In this document: positions 42,592 through 51,123 of the stretch, in pieces | Position numbering within the stretch: position 1 is the stretch's first letter | Layout: every line of letters starts with the position of its first letter | Program-made: the position numbers and the translations under genes | Notes under the pieces: generated by a model | Told to the model about the DNA's origin: nothing | Databases searched by the model: none | The model's input: only the letters and a program-made list of their open reading frames with translations | Source: Candidatus Chisholmbacteria bacterium RIFCSPLOWO2_01_FULL_49_14 | GTDB lineage: Bacteria; Patescibacteriota; Microgenomatia; UBA1400; Chisholmbacteraceae | NCBI GenBank assembly: GCA_001816915.1 | Contig: MHCL01000023.1 | Coordinates: forward strand, 1 to 51,123 | DNA length: 51,123 bases | Direction: 5' to 3'

Positions 42592-45582
42592 ATGAAGTCC
42601 CCAATCTTAAACTCTCCATACTTCGAACCCAATCTCCATTTCAATGCAGATGAGAGTGGTTTAACTGAAGAAATCTTGGAATTTCGCAGACCAAGCAGTT
42701 TTTATATTCCTGTCCCGCGCGCTAGAACAAAACAAAAGCAACTTGAACTGAATATTGCCGAAGGTGCTTTTGGGAACGAGTTACAGAAAGAAAACGAGTT
42801 CATCAATAAAATACGAGAAAAAATAAAGCATTGGAGGGAGAGCGGTGATGCTGGAATTACCAAAACCTCACGGGATCTCTTATCTTACTGGAGGGACGAG
42901 ACAAGGGAAAACAAACTATTTTTCTGCCAAATAGAAGCATTAGAGACCTTTATTTACATAAACGAGGTGGCAGAAAAATCAGGAGAGAGCTGGATTATCA
43001 ACGAATTAAAAAAAGCCAACAAAGAAGCTAACCCAGGACTCCATCGTTTAGCTTTTAAAATGGCAACCGGTTCGGGAAAGACAGTTGTCATGGCCATGAT
43101 CATTGCTTACCACACTCTCAATAAAATTCGCTATCCGCAAGATACCCGCTTTACGGACGCCTTTGTGATCATCACACCAGGAATCACTATCCGCGATCGT
43201 TTGAATGTTCTGCAACCAAACAATCCCGGTAACTATTACTTAAAGCACGGCGTAGTCTCCTACCAAGACTTTGCGTTGTTGAATCAGGCAATTATTTTTA
43301 TAACCAATTTCCATCAGCTAGAGCTTCGGCAAAATCCACGATTCCAAGTTGGTGCGGTTATGAAGGCTGCTGGCATTTTGAAAGACGAGGCGATCAAAGA
43401 AACACCAGATGCAATGGTAAACAGAACTTTTAAAAGCGTTTTGAACAAACCGCGCGTACTGGTGATCAATGACGAGGCCCACCACTGTTATCGGGAAAAT
43501 CCGGATCATGGAAAGCTCACCGGCGAAGAAAGGAAAGAAGCTGACGAAAACAACAAGGCGGCTCGGGTCTGGATTAATGGTCTGGAAGCACTATCTAAAA
43601 AGGTAAATATAAACGCGCTTATTGACCTTTCGGCAACACCTTATTTTTTGCGTGGTTCCGGCTATCAAGAGGGGACAATGTTCCCTTGGACTGTTTACGA
43701 TTTCTCTCTTCTAGACGCGGTGGAGTGCGGTGTTGTTAAAATACCGCGCCTTCCTATCGAATCAGATACTATTTCCAAGGACGATATACCGGAGTTCCGC
43801 AATCTTTGGCTTTATGTACGGGACGATCTACCCAAAAAGGGGTTGAAGACCGGAGGAAAAGATTACCTGTCGGTGAGTGTTCTACCGACTAAACTTCAGG
43901 AGGCTCTCGAATCTCTTTACGGTAGTTACGAAAAATACTATATAGAATACAAGGAGCAGAAAAAGGAAAATTCTGCAGTTATGCCACCAGTAATGATAGT
44001 CGTATGCAACAACACCTCAGTTTCCGAACTGGTATACCGTTGGATTGCTGGTTATAAAAGGGAAACAGCGAGTAAACAAACAAAGGTTGAAAGAGGCAAT
44101 CTTGAAATATTCCGAAATGAAGACGGAGTCCAATTTTACGATCGGCCAAACACGCTGCTTATCGACAGCGCGCAACTGGAAAGCGGCGAAAAGATTAGCG
44201 CCGAATTTAAAAATATATTTTCTCAAGAAATAGAAGACTTTCATAAAGATTATCGTAGGCGCTTCACTAATGGGACCGAGCCTACCGACGAAGAGCTCTT
44301 GCGTGAAGTTATGAACACCGTTGGTAAACCCGGCAAACTCGGTGAAAATATCAAATGTGTGGTATCCGTCTCAATGCTTACTGAAGGATGGGATGTTAAT
44401 ACCGTTACCCATATTCTTGGTGTCCGCGCTTTTTCTACTCAGCTTCTCTGCGAGCAGGTTGTTGGTCGGGCACTTCGCCGCATTGATTACACGGCTGACG
44501 AATCAACCGGGATGATGTCGGCAGAATACGCCGAAGTTTATGGTGTGCCGTTCAGCTTCTTAAAAGTCACTGGCGTAACTCCGCCCCAGCCTCCAAAAGT
44601 TATTCATCGCGTCCACGCGTTGCCAGAGCGAGAACAATACGAAATTACCTTCCCACGAGTTGAGGGTTACCGCTACGAGCTTGATGAAGCCAAACTGGCG
44701 GCTCGATTTACCGAGGAATCAAAAACAATCATTGAGAACGAACCAACTGAAGTAACTTCAGCGGGAGTAATTGGCGAAAAAGTGAAAGAGATGATGGAGA
44801 AAATCAGAGAACGCCGCGAGGGAGAAGTAATCATCCGGCTCACACAAGCGCTTCTAAAACGCTACTACACCGATGCCGACGGTACGGAGAAGTACTGGCT
44901 AACACCGCAGCTAAGAAAAATTGTTGAGGAATACGTTAAAAATCATATCATTTTAAAAGATCGCATGGTGGTCGGTTATCTTTCGGTTGGCGAATACTTT
45001 TCTGGTGCGCTTACCAAAATCCAGCAGGCCATCATTATTGAAAATCTGGAGCACCAAAAAGACAAACGATTGTTGCCAATACTCGCGCCATATGACACGC
45101 TTGGCTCCACTCGTTATGTGGATTTCCTTACCACAAAACCTGTTGCACTAACAACCAAGAGCCATGTCAATTATGTAGTAGCCGATACCGAAGAGTGGGA
45201 GCAGGGTGTGGCAAAGAAACTTGAACAAATGCCGGAAGTACTTGCCTATGTTAAAAATCAAAATCTCGGCTTCACCATTCCTTATGAGCATCAAGGTGTA
45301 GCGCACCAATATGTACCGGACTTTATTGTAGTTTTGAAAATGGCTGATAAGTCAAAACTTAATCTGTTGATAGAAGTTACTGGCAAGAAAGATGACAAAA
45401 AAGCGATGAAAGTTAAAACTTCGCACGATCTTTGGGTACCAGCCGTCAACAATATCGGTAAGTATGGGAGATGGATTATGTTGGAGGTACAGGATATCCA
45501 CGAAACACAAAATCTTATCCGTGCCGGCATAGACAGGGGTTTTGATAATTTAACATCTGATAATTTATTTAACAAGAAATAA
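42592..45582 (+). CDS. res: Type III restriction enzyme Res subunit (SF2 helicase plus PD-(D/E)xK nuclease)
   Basis: ATGSGKT (motif I), NDEAHHC (DEAH), SATP, LTEGWDVNTVTHILG, QVVGRALRR (motif VI) and a C-terminal YVPDFIVV...LLIEVTGKKD nuclease motif. Confidence 0.9.
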   Translation: MKSPILNSPYFEPNLHFNADESGLTEEILEFRRPSSFYIPVPRARTKQKQLELNIAEGAFGNELQKENEFINKIREKIKHWRESGDAGITKTSRDLLSYWRDETRENKLFFCQIEALETFIYINEVAEKSGESWIINELKKANKEANPGLHRLAFKMATGSGKTVVMAMIIAYHTLNKIRYPQDTRFTDAFVIITPGITIRDRLNVLQPNNPGNYYLKHGVVSYQDFALLNQAIIFITNFHQLELRQNPRFQVGAVMKAAGILKDEAIKETPDAMVNRTFKSVLNKPRVLVINDEAHHCYRENPDHGKLTGEERKEADENNKAARVWINGLEALSKKVNINALIDLSATPYFLRGSGYQEGTMFPWTVYDFSLLDAVECGVVKIPRLPIESDTISKDDIPEFRNLWLYVRDDLPKKGLKTGGKDYLSVSVLPTKLQEALESLYGSYEKYYIEYKEQKKENSAVMPPVMIVVCNNTSVSELVYRWIAGYKRETASKQTKVERGNLEIFRNEDGVQFYDRPNTLLIDSAQLESGEKISAEFKNIFSQEIEDFHKDYRRRFTNGTEPTDEELLREVMNTVGKPGKLGENIKCVVSVSMLTEGWDVNTVTHILGVRAFSTQLLCEQVVGRALRRIDYTADESTGMMSAEYAEVYGVPFSFLKVTGVTPPQPPKVIHRVHALPEREQYEITFPRVEGYRYELDEAKLAARFTEESKTIIENEPTEVTSAGVIGEKVKEMMEKIRERREGEVIIRLTQALLKRYYTDADGTEKYWLTPQLRKIVEEYVKNHIILKDRMVVGYLSVGEYFSGALTKIQQAIIIENLEHQKDKRLLPILAPYDTLGSTRYVDFLTTKPVALTTKSHVNYVVADTEEWEQGVAKKLEQMPEVLAYVKNQNLGFTIPYEHQGVAHQYVPDFIVVLKMADKSKLNLLIEVTGKKDDKKAMKVKTSHDLWVPAVNNIGKYGRWIMLEVQDIHETQNLIRAGIDRGFDNLTSDNLFNKK

Positions 45583-45584
45583 AT

Positions 45585-48053
45585 ATGAGAAAGAAAAAAA
45601 TATTAAAGCCAACCACCGCTGCACCGGTAGAATCCTACAAACACGATGCAAAACGTACTCACATCCCCACACAAGAAGAGTCAATTAAGCTTTCTGCTCG
45701 AGAAAAGCAACCAGTCAAGAAAAAATATGATTATGATCCATCCCTTGATCCCCAACTAGTTTGGGCAGGCAAGAAAGAGCAGGGTGCTGAGTTTGCTGTA
45801 TCCACAGTGCCGATCTACGTGCAGGAGAAGATCGCGCCCGAAGCACTCATTGCTCGTCTCAAGCTTGGCGCGGAAGAAAACGCGCAAATGATGCTCTTTG
45901 GTGAGACGGCAGAAACACAGGTATCCAAAGCTGTTGAATTCTACAAGCACGAGGATAACTGGCAAAACCGAATGATTTTAGGTGATTCGCTACTGGTAAT
46001 GAATAGCTTGCTGGAAAAAGAAGGCATGCGCGGACGGGTGCAGACCATCTATATTGACCCGCCATATGGAATTAAGTTCGGCTCCAACTGGCAAGTTTCC
46101 ACGCGCAAGCGTGATGTTAAAGATAATAAACTGGAAGATTTCATCCGCCAGCCGGAGCAAGTCAAAGCCTTTCGCGATACCTGGGAACTGGGCATTCACT
46201 CTTATCTTTCTTATCTGCGCGACCGACTTCTCATCGCCCGCGAATTGCTAACCGAAAGCGGGAGTTGTTTTTTGCAGATAAATGATGAGAATGTACACCT
46301 GATTCGAAGTCTAATGGATGAAGTTTTCGGCACACAAAACTCTATATGTGGAATTGTTTATAAAAAGAAAGGTATGATGTTAGGTTCAAAATATCTCGAA
46401 ACAATGAATGATTATGTAATTTGGTATGCGAAGGATAAAAGTAATTGTAAATATAGAGGTCTTTTCGAAAAAACTGAATTCGAACTTGATTCCCGATGGA
46501 ATATGGTCGATCTTGTAAATCAGGTGAGAAGATCCCTATCAAAAGAGGAAAGGGAAAGTAATAAAATTCCGACTGGAGCAAAAGTTTTCGATTTGTTTCC
46601 ACTGCGTGCTCCTTCTTTTAGTGAAAAATCGGTATTTGATTTTGAGTTCGAAGGTAAAATATATAGCCCTGCGAGAGGCTCATGTTGGGTCACAACAAAG
46701 GAGAAAATGGAATATTTGAAGAACATGAATAGAATCTATGCACAAGGCAATGATCTATTTTTTGTCCAGTATTTAGACGATTTTCCCTTTAGAAAATTGT
46801 CAAATCTATGGTTAGATTCAAGACAGACTGAAAAAATATATGTAGTGCAGACTTCTATAAAGATTCTTCAACGCTGCATTTTAATGACGAGCGATCCGGG
46901 GGATATCGTACTTGACCCGACTTGTGGTTCGGGCACGACTGCTTTTGTTGCCGAGCAGTGGGGTAGGCGCTGGATTACGATTGATACTTCGCGCGTGGCT
47001 TTGGCACTGGCGCGTACGCGTTTGATGACCGCTAAGTTCCCGTACTATAAGCTCAAGGAAAATGGTGACCATCCCAATGTTGCGGCAGGTTTTATTTACA
47101 AAACCGTCCCGCATGTGACACTCAAATCTCTTGCTAATGATGAACCGGCGGAGCAAGAAGTTTTATATGATCAGCCAGCGGAAAATAAAAATATTGTCCG
47201 TGTAACTGGCCCATTTACTGTTGAATCACTTTCACCGCACCGCGTATCGGACGCACAGGAAATGCTCTCAAGTGAGCGTTTTGCAGAAACAGTTATATCT
47301 AACCTTTTGAAATCCGGAGTGCAGACCGGCGAGAAAAGAGCGCGGGTGGAGTTTGTGCATTTGGATATTTTACCCAGCGGCCCCGAAGTGCAAGCGATCG
47401 GGGAATACAAATCTGCCGGTGGTCTAAAAAAGGTTGCGGTTTCCATTGGTCCTGAATTCGGCAGTGTGGATGATGACTTCATCCGCGATGCCGCAAAAGC
47501 TGCCAAAAAGTTTGCTGATTTGCTTGTAGTCGCCGCCACATCATTTGAAGCATCCGCGTTTTCTGAACCGTCGCAGACAAACGGCTTACAGATTATGAAA
47601 GTCAAAATCAATCCCGATTTGTCTATGGGCGACTTGCTCAAAAAAACTGGATCAGGCAACTTGTTTCTCGCTTTTGGTGAGCCTGATATAAGGGTTAAAG
47701 GAACTACAGACGGTGTTGTAGTGGAAGTGCTCGGTGTGGACATCTATGATCCGGTCAAAAGCGCAATCCGCAGTAGCGGCTCCGGCGATCCGGAGCACGA
47801 AATCGCCGCATGGTTTATAGATACAAATTACAACGGCGAAGCTTTTTTCATCACGCATGCATATTTCCTCGGCGCAGATAAACCATACGAGAAACTCAAG
47901 AAGGCACTCAAGGCAGATATCAACGAAGACGCGTGGGAGGAACTCTATTCCACTATTTCTCGCCCATTTCCCAAACCAAAAACCGGCAAAATTGCCATCA
48001 AAGTCATAAACCATTACGGCGACGAAGTAATGAAAATTGTTGATGTTAAATAA
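45585..48053 (+). CDS. mod: Type III-like DNA methyltransferase Mod (beta-class, DPPY)
   Basis: IYIDPPYG (motif IV) precedes VLDPTCGSGTTAFVA (motif I). The gene starts 2 nt after the res stop. Confidence 0.9.
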   Translation: MRKKKILKPTTAAPVESYKHDAKRTHIPTQEESIKLSAREKQPVKKKYDYDPSLDPQLVWAGKKEQGAEFAVSTVPIYVQEKIAPEALIARLKLGAEENAQMMLFGETAETQVSKAVEFYKHEDNWQNRMILGDSLLVMNSLLEKEGMRGRVQTIYIDPPYGIKFGSNWQVSTRKRDVKDNKLEDFIRQPEQVKAFRDTWELGIHSYLSYLRDRLLIARELLTESGSCFLQINDENVHLIRSLMDEVFGTQNSICGIVYKKKGMMLGSKYLETMNDYVIWYAKDKSNCKYRGLFEKTEFELDSRWNMVDLVNQVRRSLSKEERESNKIPTGAKVFDLFPLRAPSFSEKSVFDFEFEGKIYSPARGSCWVTTKEKMEYLKNMNRIYAQGNDLFFVQYLDDFPFRKLSNLWLDSRQTEKIYVVQTSIKILQRCILMTSDPGDIVLDPTCGSGTTAFVAEQWGRRWITIDTSRVALALARTRLMTAKFPYYKLKENGDHPNVAAGFIYKTVPHVTLKSLANDEPAEQEVLYDQPAENKNIVRVTGPFTVESLSPHRVSDAQEMLSSERFAETVISNLLKSGVQTGEKRARVEFVHLDILPSGPEVQAIGEYKSAGGLKKVAVSIGPEFGSVDDDFIRDAAKAAKKFADLLVVAATSFEASAFSEPSQTNGLQIMKVKINPDLSMGDLLKKTGSGNLFLAFGEPDIRVKGTTDGVVVEVLGVDIYDPVKSAIRSSGSGDPEHEIAAWFIDTNYNGEAFFITHAYFLGADKPYEKLKKALKADINEDAWEELYSTISRPFPKPKTGKIAIKVINHYGDEVMKIVDVK

Positions 48054-48209
48054 GGTTACTTTGGTGGTATTAAATACTCAAGTGTTAAGGGTTCGAAAGC
48101 TATTAAAAATAAAGAATACGAAAGACAAATTAACCAATTAGTTTATAAACTCTACGGCCTCACGCCGGAGGAGATAGCAGTTGTCGAAGGGAAAAATGAA
48201 AATAATTGA
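48054..48209 (+). pseudogene. In-frame post-stop extension of mod carrying a methyltransferase C-terminal tail motif
   Basis: Reading on in the mod frame past its TAA gives GYFGGIKYSSVKGSKAIKNKEYERQINQLVYKLYGLTPEEIAVVEGKNENN then a stop. The (V)Y.LYGLT.EEI..VE tail is a recurrent C-terminus of large R-M and BREX-type methyltransferases. Confidence 0.5.
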
Positions 48210-48699
48210 ATCAGTAACTCAAGGTGAAGTTTTTAGCCATTGGGAAAAAATAGAAAAAAGAAGCATTTGGCAAAGAGCTGATATCGTTTTTCCTCTTGTG
48301 GCCTACGCTGATTTGACTTGGAGTTTGACTGAAATTGAAAGTGCGGATATTGAAAAACTCTATATTTGCTCATCAGACGATTGGCAAGCAGAAGGTCTTT
48401 GTTTCCCTGATTTCAAACTCGTTACGGCAATAGATAACTATAAAAAATCTAACTTTAGCTATGGGAAGTATGCCGATATTAAAGGCAAAGAAAACGTATA
48501 TGTAAAGAGTGTCAACGATCTTGATAATAAATTTATTCTAGTTGCAGATTCTATTACAGGTCCCTTCGCAATAATAGAGGGGTGTAAAAGAGCTGTTGCC
48601 TTAGGCAAGCTAGATAAGTTAACCGGTAACGAAGTATATCTGGGCACCTCGCCCAGTATAAGAAGTTTCGTCTGGACTAGGCACATGTATCAAAGTTAA
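48196..48699 (+). CDS. Hypothetical protein (cassette gene 1)
   Basis: 167 aa from the ATG at 48196, with a GAAGGG purine tract upstream. The track uses the TTG at 48181. No motif recognised. FAIIEGCKRAVAL is only vaguely ParB/DGQHR-like. Confidence 0.5.
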   Translation: MKIIESVTQGEVFSHWEKIEKRSIWQRADIVFPLVAYADLTWSLTEIESADIEKLYICSSDDWQAEGLCFPDFKLVTAIDNYKKSNFSYGKYADIKGKENVYVKSVNDLDNKFILVADSITGPFAIIEGCKRAVALGKLDKLTGNEVYLGTSPSIRSFVWTRHMYQS

Positions 48700-48715
48700 A
48701 AAAGCTCAAAACAGA

Positions 48716-49678
48716 ATGAAAAAAGATAATAGTACAGAAATAAATCAAAAAGGATATAAAACCCTTTTTCTCCAGATATTTCAACTTAAAAACTTTCTCA
48801 TTTTTGTAGGAAGCGGTGCTTTACTCTTTATTCCTATTTTTGCTGAAAACGATAAATGGTTGAGAGTTCAACCGTTCTTTATTGCATGGTTAATGCTTGT
48901 TGGTATCTGGTTTTTGTTGATTCTTTCAATATACAGAGGCGAACTTGAAAATAGAATAATTTCATTTGTTGGCGATGTTATAAGGCGCATTATACCCATT
49001 CTTCTAGTTCTTTTAGCTTTATATTTTATATTATTACCCTTTGAATTAAGAAAAAGTTTAGGAATCATAGTTCTTACCTTTGCAGTTTCGTTGCTTTGGA
49101 GAAGAAGTAAAACTTTATCAGTAGTATCGGATAGTTTAGTAGAGAAAAAAAGGATAAAGACATTGATAAAGAAAAAAGGGAAAGTGATAGGGTTGACAGG
49201 TTGGATGGCTACGGAAACAAATAATGAGCAAGGGACAAACTACAGAGAAATAAATTTAGAAGGAAAGCCTCTCGAGACCTTGGAGTTTAGAGTGAAACCC
49301 TCCACAGTTTTTTGGCGGGCGGGGTTTAAATTTACTGATCCGAACGGAACAATTTTGCCGCTTAGAACTACAAATAGTTTGTTGTTCCACATAGGGGCAA
49401 GTGAATCTCGTAGCAAATTCGGTGTTACTGCCTACAGAAATAGTGATTGGGACCCTTCCCTTAACAAAACCTTGGACTACGATAATACCAGCTTTATTAG
49501 TATTAGGTTTGAAGTTAACCAAAAGAATTTTATCAAATGTTTTATAAATAATAAGCTTGAGTATAAACCCAAAGAACGAGTTGATCCGCGCATATTAGAA
49601 AAGGTGTTTTTGGCCGCCTGGGGAGATGGTAACCCCTATAGAGTTGAATTCGATAACATTCAATTTACTACAAGATAA
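48716..49678 (+). CDS. Membrane protein: four N-terminal TM helices plus a beta-rich C-terminal domain (cassette gene 2)
   Basis: Four hydrophobic helices lie in aa 27-127. The ~170-aa C-terminal domain has alternating beta patterns (FWRAGFKF, LLFHIG, FGVTAY, ISIRFEV, VFLAAWGDG, YRVEFDNIQF) suggesting a jelly-roll or lectin-like fold. Confidence 0.55.
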   Translation: MKKDNSTEINQKGYKTLFLQIFQLKNFLIFVGSGALLFIPIFAENDKWLRVQPFFIAWLMLVGIWFLLILSIYRGELENRIISFVGDVIRRIIPILLVLLALYFILLPFELRKSLGIIVLTFAVSLLWRRSKTLSVVSDSLVEKKRIKTLIKKKGKVIGLTGWMATETNNEQGTNYREINLEGKPLETLEFRVKPSTVFWRAGFKFTDPNGTILPLRTTNSLLFHIGASESRSKFGVTAYRNSDWDPSLNKTLDYDNTSFISIRFEVNQKNFIKCFINNKLEYKPKERVDPRILEKVFLAAWGDGNPYRVEFDNIQFTTR

Positions 49679-49679
49679 T

Positions 49680-50291
49680 ATGACTGAATCCCTAGCCCTA
49701 GAATTAGTAGAAAGATATCTCAAAAATCATAAGTACGATCCTAAAAGGATAGATACTAAAAAGTTACAGTCTAGCAGAAAAGCACCAGATTTCGAGGTAA
49801 ATGAAAATGATGTACTAAAATTTTACTGCGAGATAAAAACTCCAGCTTTAAAACCAAGCGCACAAACACGAATATTTCATTGGACAACTATAATCTCCAA
49901 GCTTAGAGATTTAATACACAAGGCAGTAAAACAGTTTAAGAATCAAGACCCTAATCATCTAAAACCCTGGGTGCTTATTTTTACTTCAGATCATTTTCAA
50001 TTGAACTGGTCTAATTTCGTTCACTGCCTTCAGGGTGCTGTTGCTTATAATTCTCAAATTATTAAGGACTTAAGCAATCAAAGATTTATAGTAGATACGC
50101 AAGACGATATAAAGACCATTGATCTATTTGTTTGGTGTCAAGTTAATGCGCAGGCGAAAAGGATTTACCAAATGGTGCATTTTGTAAATGGTAATTCAGA
50201 TTTATTAGAAAAAACAAAAGCAATCAGTGGTAAGTTAATCCCTTATGCTAGTGAAAGCATAATGAACAAGAGTTCAAGAAAATATACTTAG
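49680..50291 (+). CDS. PD-(D/E)xK nuclease-like protein (cassette gene 3)
   Basis: The start is 1 nt after the previous stop. KAPDFEVNENDVLKFYCEIKT fits D-x(13)-E-x-K after an N-terminal helix. Confidence 0.45.
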   Translation: MTESLALELVERYLKNHKYDPKRIDTKKLQSSRKAPDFEVNENDVLKFYCEIKTPALKPSAQTRIFHWTTIISKLRDLIHKAVKQFKNQDPNHLKPWVLIFTSDHFQLNWSNFVHCLQGAVAYNSQIIKDLSNQRFIVDTQDDIKTIDLFVWCQVNAQAKRIYQMVHFVNGNSDLLEKTKAISGKLIPYASESIMNKSSRKYT

Positions 50292-50292
50292 T

Positions 50293-51072
50293 ATGAAGAA
50301 GAAACAAAAATTTATAGCTCCAATATACGGCTTGAAAAAGACACCAAAGCAAAGCATTAAATTAGACAAAAGCATTCTAATAAGAGCTGTTGATCTTCTC
50401 ACAGAGGAGCATAAATACTTAGAAAAATTTGGCTTAAAAGGAAGTTATGATGCGGTGTTGGAAGTTAATTATGAGTATGATTCAGACAATCCTAGTGAAC
50501 CCTTCCCTGGTCTTTTTATAAATTTAATCAATAAGATAGATGCGTCTTTAGTTGTCTATGGAGATGGCGTTGTAGGAGTTGCGGGCGTTGCCCCAGCGCC
50601 TAAAGAAGAATTTTCGGGGGGAGGCATTCTTTCGTCGTCAGCGAGACCGCGATATGAAGAAAAATTAGATAAAGAGATTGATGAAAACTTTGCAAGTTAC
50701 TATAAAAAATTCGTAATAGCCTATGATATGCGACCAGTAGCCTTTGATGTGTACAGACGAAGTTGTGATAGGTTCTCTAACAATGACAGGACTATTGATA
50801 GCTGTACTGTTCTAGAGAGTCTTTTTGTCCCTCTGGGTGAAAGGTCTAAAAAATCCTTTATTTTAAACGGGCTAAATATATTAATGTTTAGCACCGATGA
50901 AATTAAGACCATCGACGACTTAGTTGAATACCGCAATGCTATTATTCATGCGGACAGAAAAAGGCAACTTAAGTTGTTGACAGGATCAAAATACACATAT
51001 AAATGGTTTGAAGATGTTTTTAAGTTAATACGCAGAATTCTTTACAAATACGTTGATAATCCTTGGAGTTAA
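50293..51072 (+). CDS. HEPN-like protein with an Rx4H motif (cassette gene 4)
   Basis: The start is 1 nt after the previous stop. The C-terminal helical region contains LVEYRNAIIHAD (R-x4-H), the minimal HEPN RNase signature, with an Apea-like layout. Confidence 0.45.
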   Translation: MKKKQKFIAPIYGLKKTPKQSIKLDKSILIRAVDLLTEEHKYLEKFGLKGSYDAVLEVNYEYDSDNPSEPFPGLFINLINKIDASLVVYGDGVVGVAGVAPAPKEEFSGGGILSSSARPRYEEKLDKEIDENFASYYKKFVIAYDMRPVAFDVYRRSCDRFSNNDRTIDSCTVLESLFVPLGERSKKSFILNGLNILMFSTDEIKTIDDLVEYRNAIIHADRKRQLKLLTGSKYTYKWFEDVFKLIRRILYKYVDNPWS

Positions 51073-51123
51073 AGTGGATCACAGAGATTATCTGATAAAT
51101 AAGAATGATAAATATACTTGAAA

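Larger units (their letters stand above)
35147..51123. mobile_element. tRNA-Gln-associated integrative island (right end not reached in the window)
   Basis: Four observations support this. The recombinase gene abuts and overlaps the tRNA. There is a sharp GC drop (for example 21/60 GC at 37301-60 and 12/60 at 49001-60, against 34/60 at 2001-60). The region holds decayed genes. It carries restriction-modification and defence-like cargo. Confidence 0.6.

Noticed and set aside
47171-48014. Minus-strand ORFs inside mod (190 aa and 120 aa)
   Set aside because: They are antisense to the methyltransferase and have Ser/Thr/Pro-rich shadow composition.
38193-48053. Idea that the island uses a recoded TAA (alternative genetic code), given three in-frame TAA codons
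   Set aside because: TAA clearly terminates intact neighbours: res at 45580-82 (followed 2 nt later by the mod ATG), cassette genes 1, 2 and 4, and 39377 and 39714. TAA-only reassignment is not known in bacteria or phages. Decay by AT-biased nonsense mutation is the simpler explanation.
49626-49679. Upstream 18 codons of the ORF at 49626-50291
   Set aside because: They overlap the end of cassette gene 2. The ATG at 49680, 1 nt after the stop, fits the tight coupling seen for the next gene.

Overview
The window has two contrasting parts.

**Part 1 (1 to about 35.1 kb).** This is GC-rich: sampled 60-nt lines are about 55% GC. It is a tightly packed run of core genes, mostly on the minus strand:
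- Housekeeping genes: secA, serS, class I lysK, greA, lon, dtd, era, Fe/Mn superoxide dismutase, Bcp peroxiredoxin, two NUDIX hydrolases, NIF3, YjbQ, a ROK kinase, and a histidine kinase with a response regulator.
- A minimal two-subunit [NiFe] hydrogenase with hypC and a maturation protease.
- tRNA-Glu(CUC).

The gene content resembles a small-genome uncultivated bacterium (CPR/Patescibacteria-like). That is inference only.

**Part 2 (35,147 to the window end).** tRNA-Gln(CUG) at 35,147 marks an abrupt switch to AT-rich DNA (sampled lines 20-35% GC). I read this as an integrative island. In order it contains:
- A large serine recombinase whose 3' end overlaps the tRNA.
- About 6 kb of small unknown genes, several visibly decayed (in-frame TAA codons and a frameshift).
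- A Type III restriction-modification pair, with res before mod.
- A tightly coupled four-gene cassette of unknowns: a 167-aa protein, a 4-TM protein with a beta-rich domain, a PD-(D/E)xK-like protein and an Rx4H HEPN-like protein.

The four-gene cassette is my best candidate for an undescribed defence module.

**Other signals.**
- A covarying multi-hairpin leader is shared by the SOD gene and an unrelated membrane-protein gene.
- A CIRCE-like operator overlaps a near-consensus promoter in front of lon.
- A HypC-domain fusion protein carries an in-frame heptanucleotide microsatellite.
- Intergenic spacers are built from short stuttered words that recur between loci.

All calls rest on reading the sequence and recalling family motifs. 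No searches were run.
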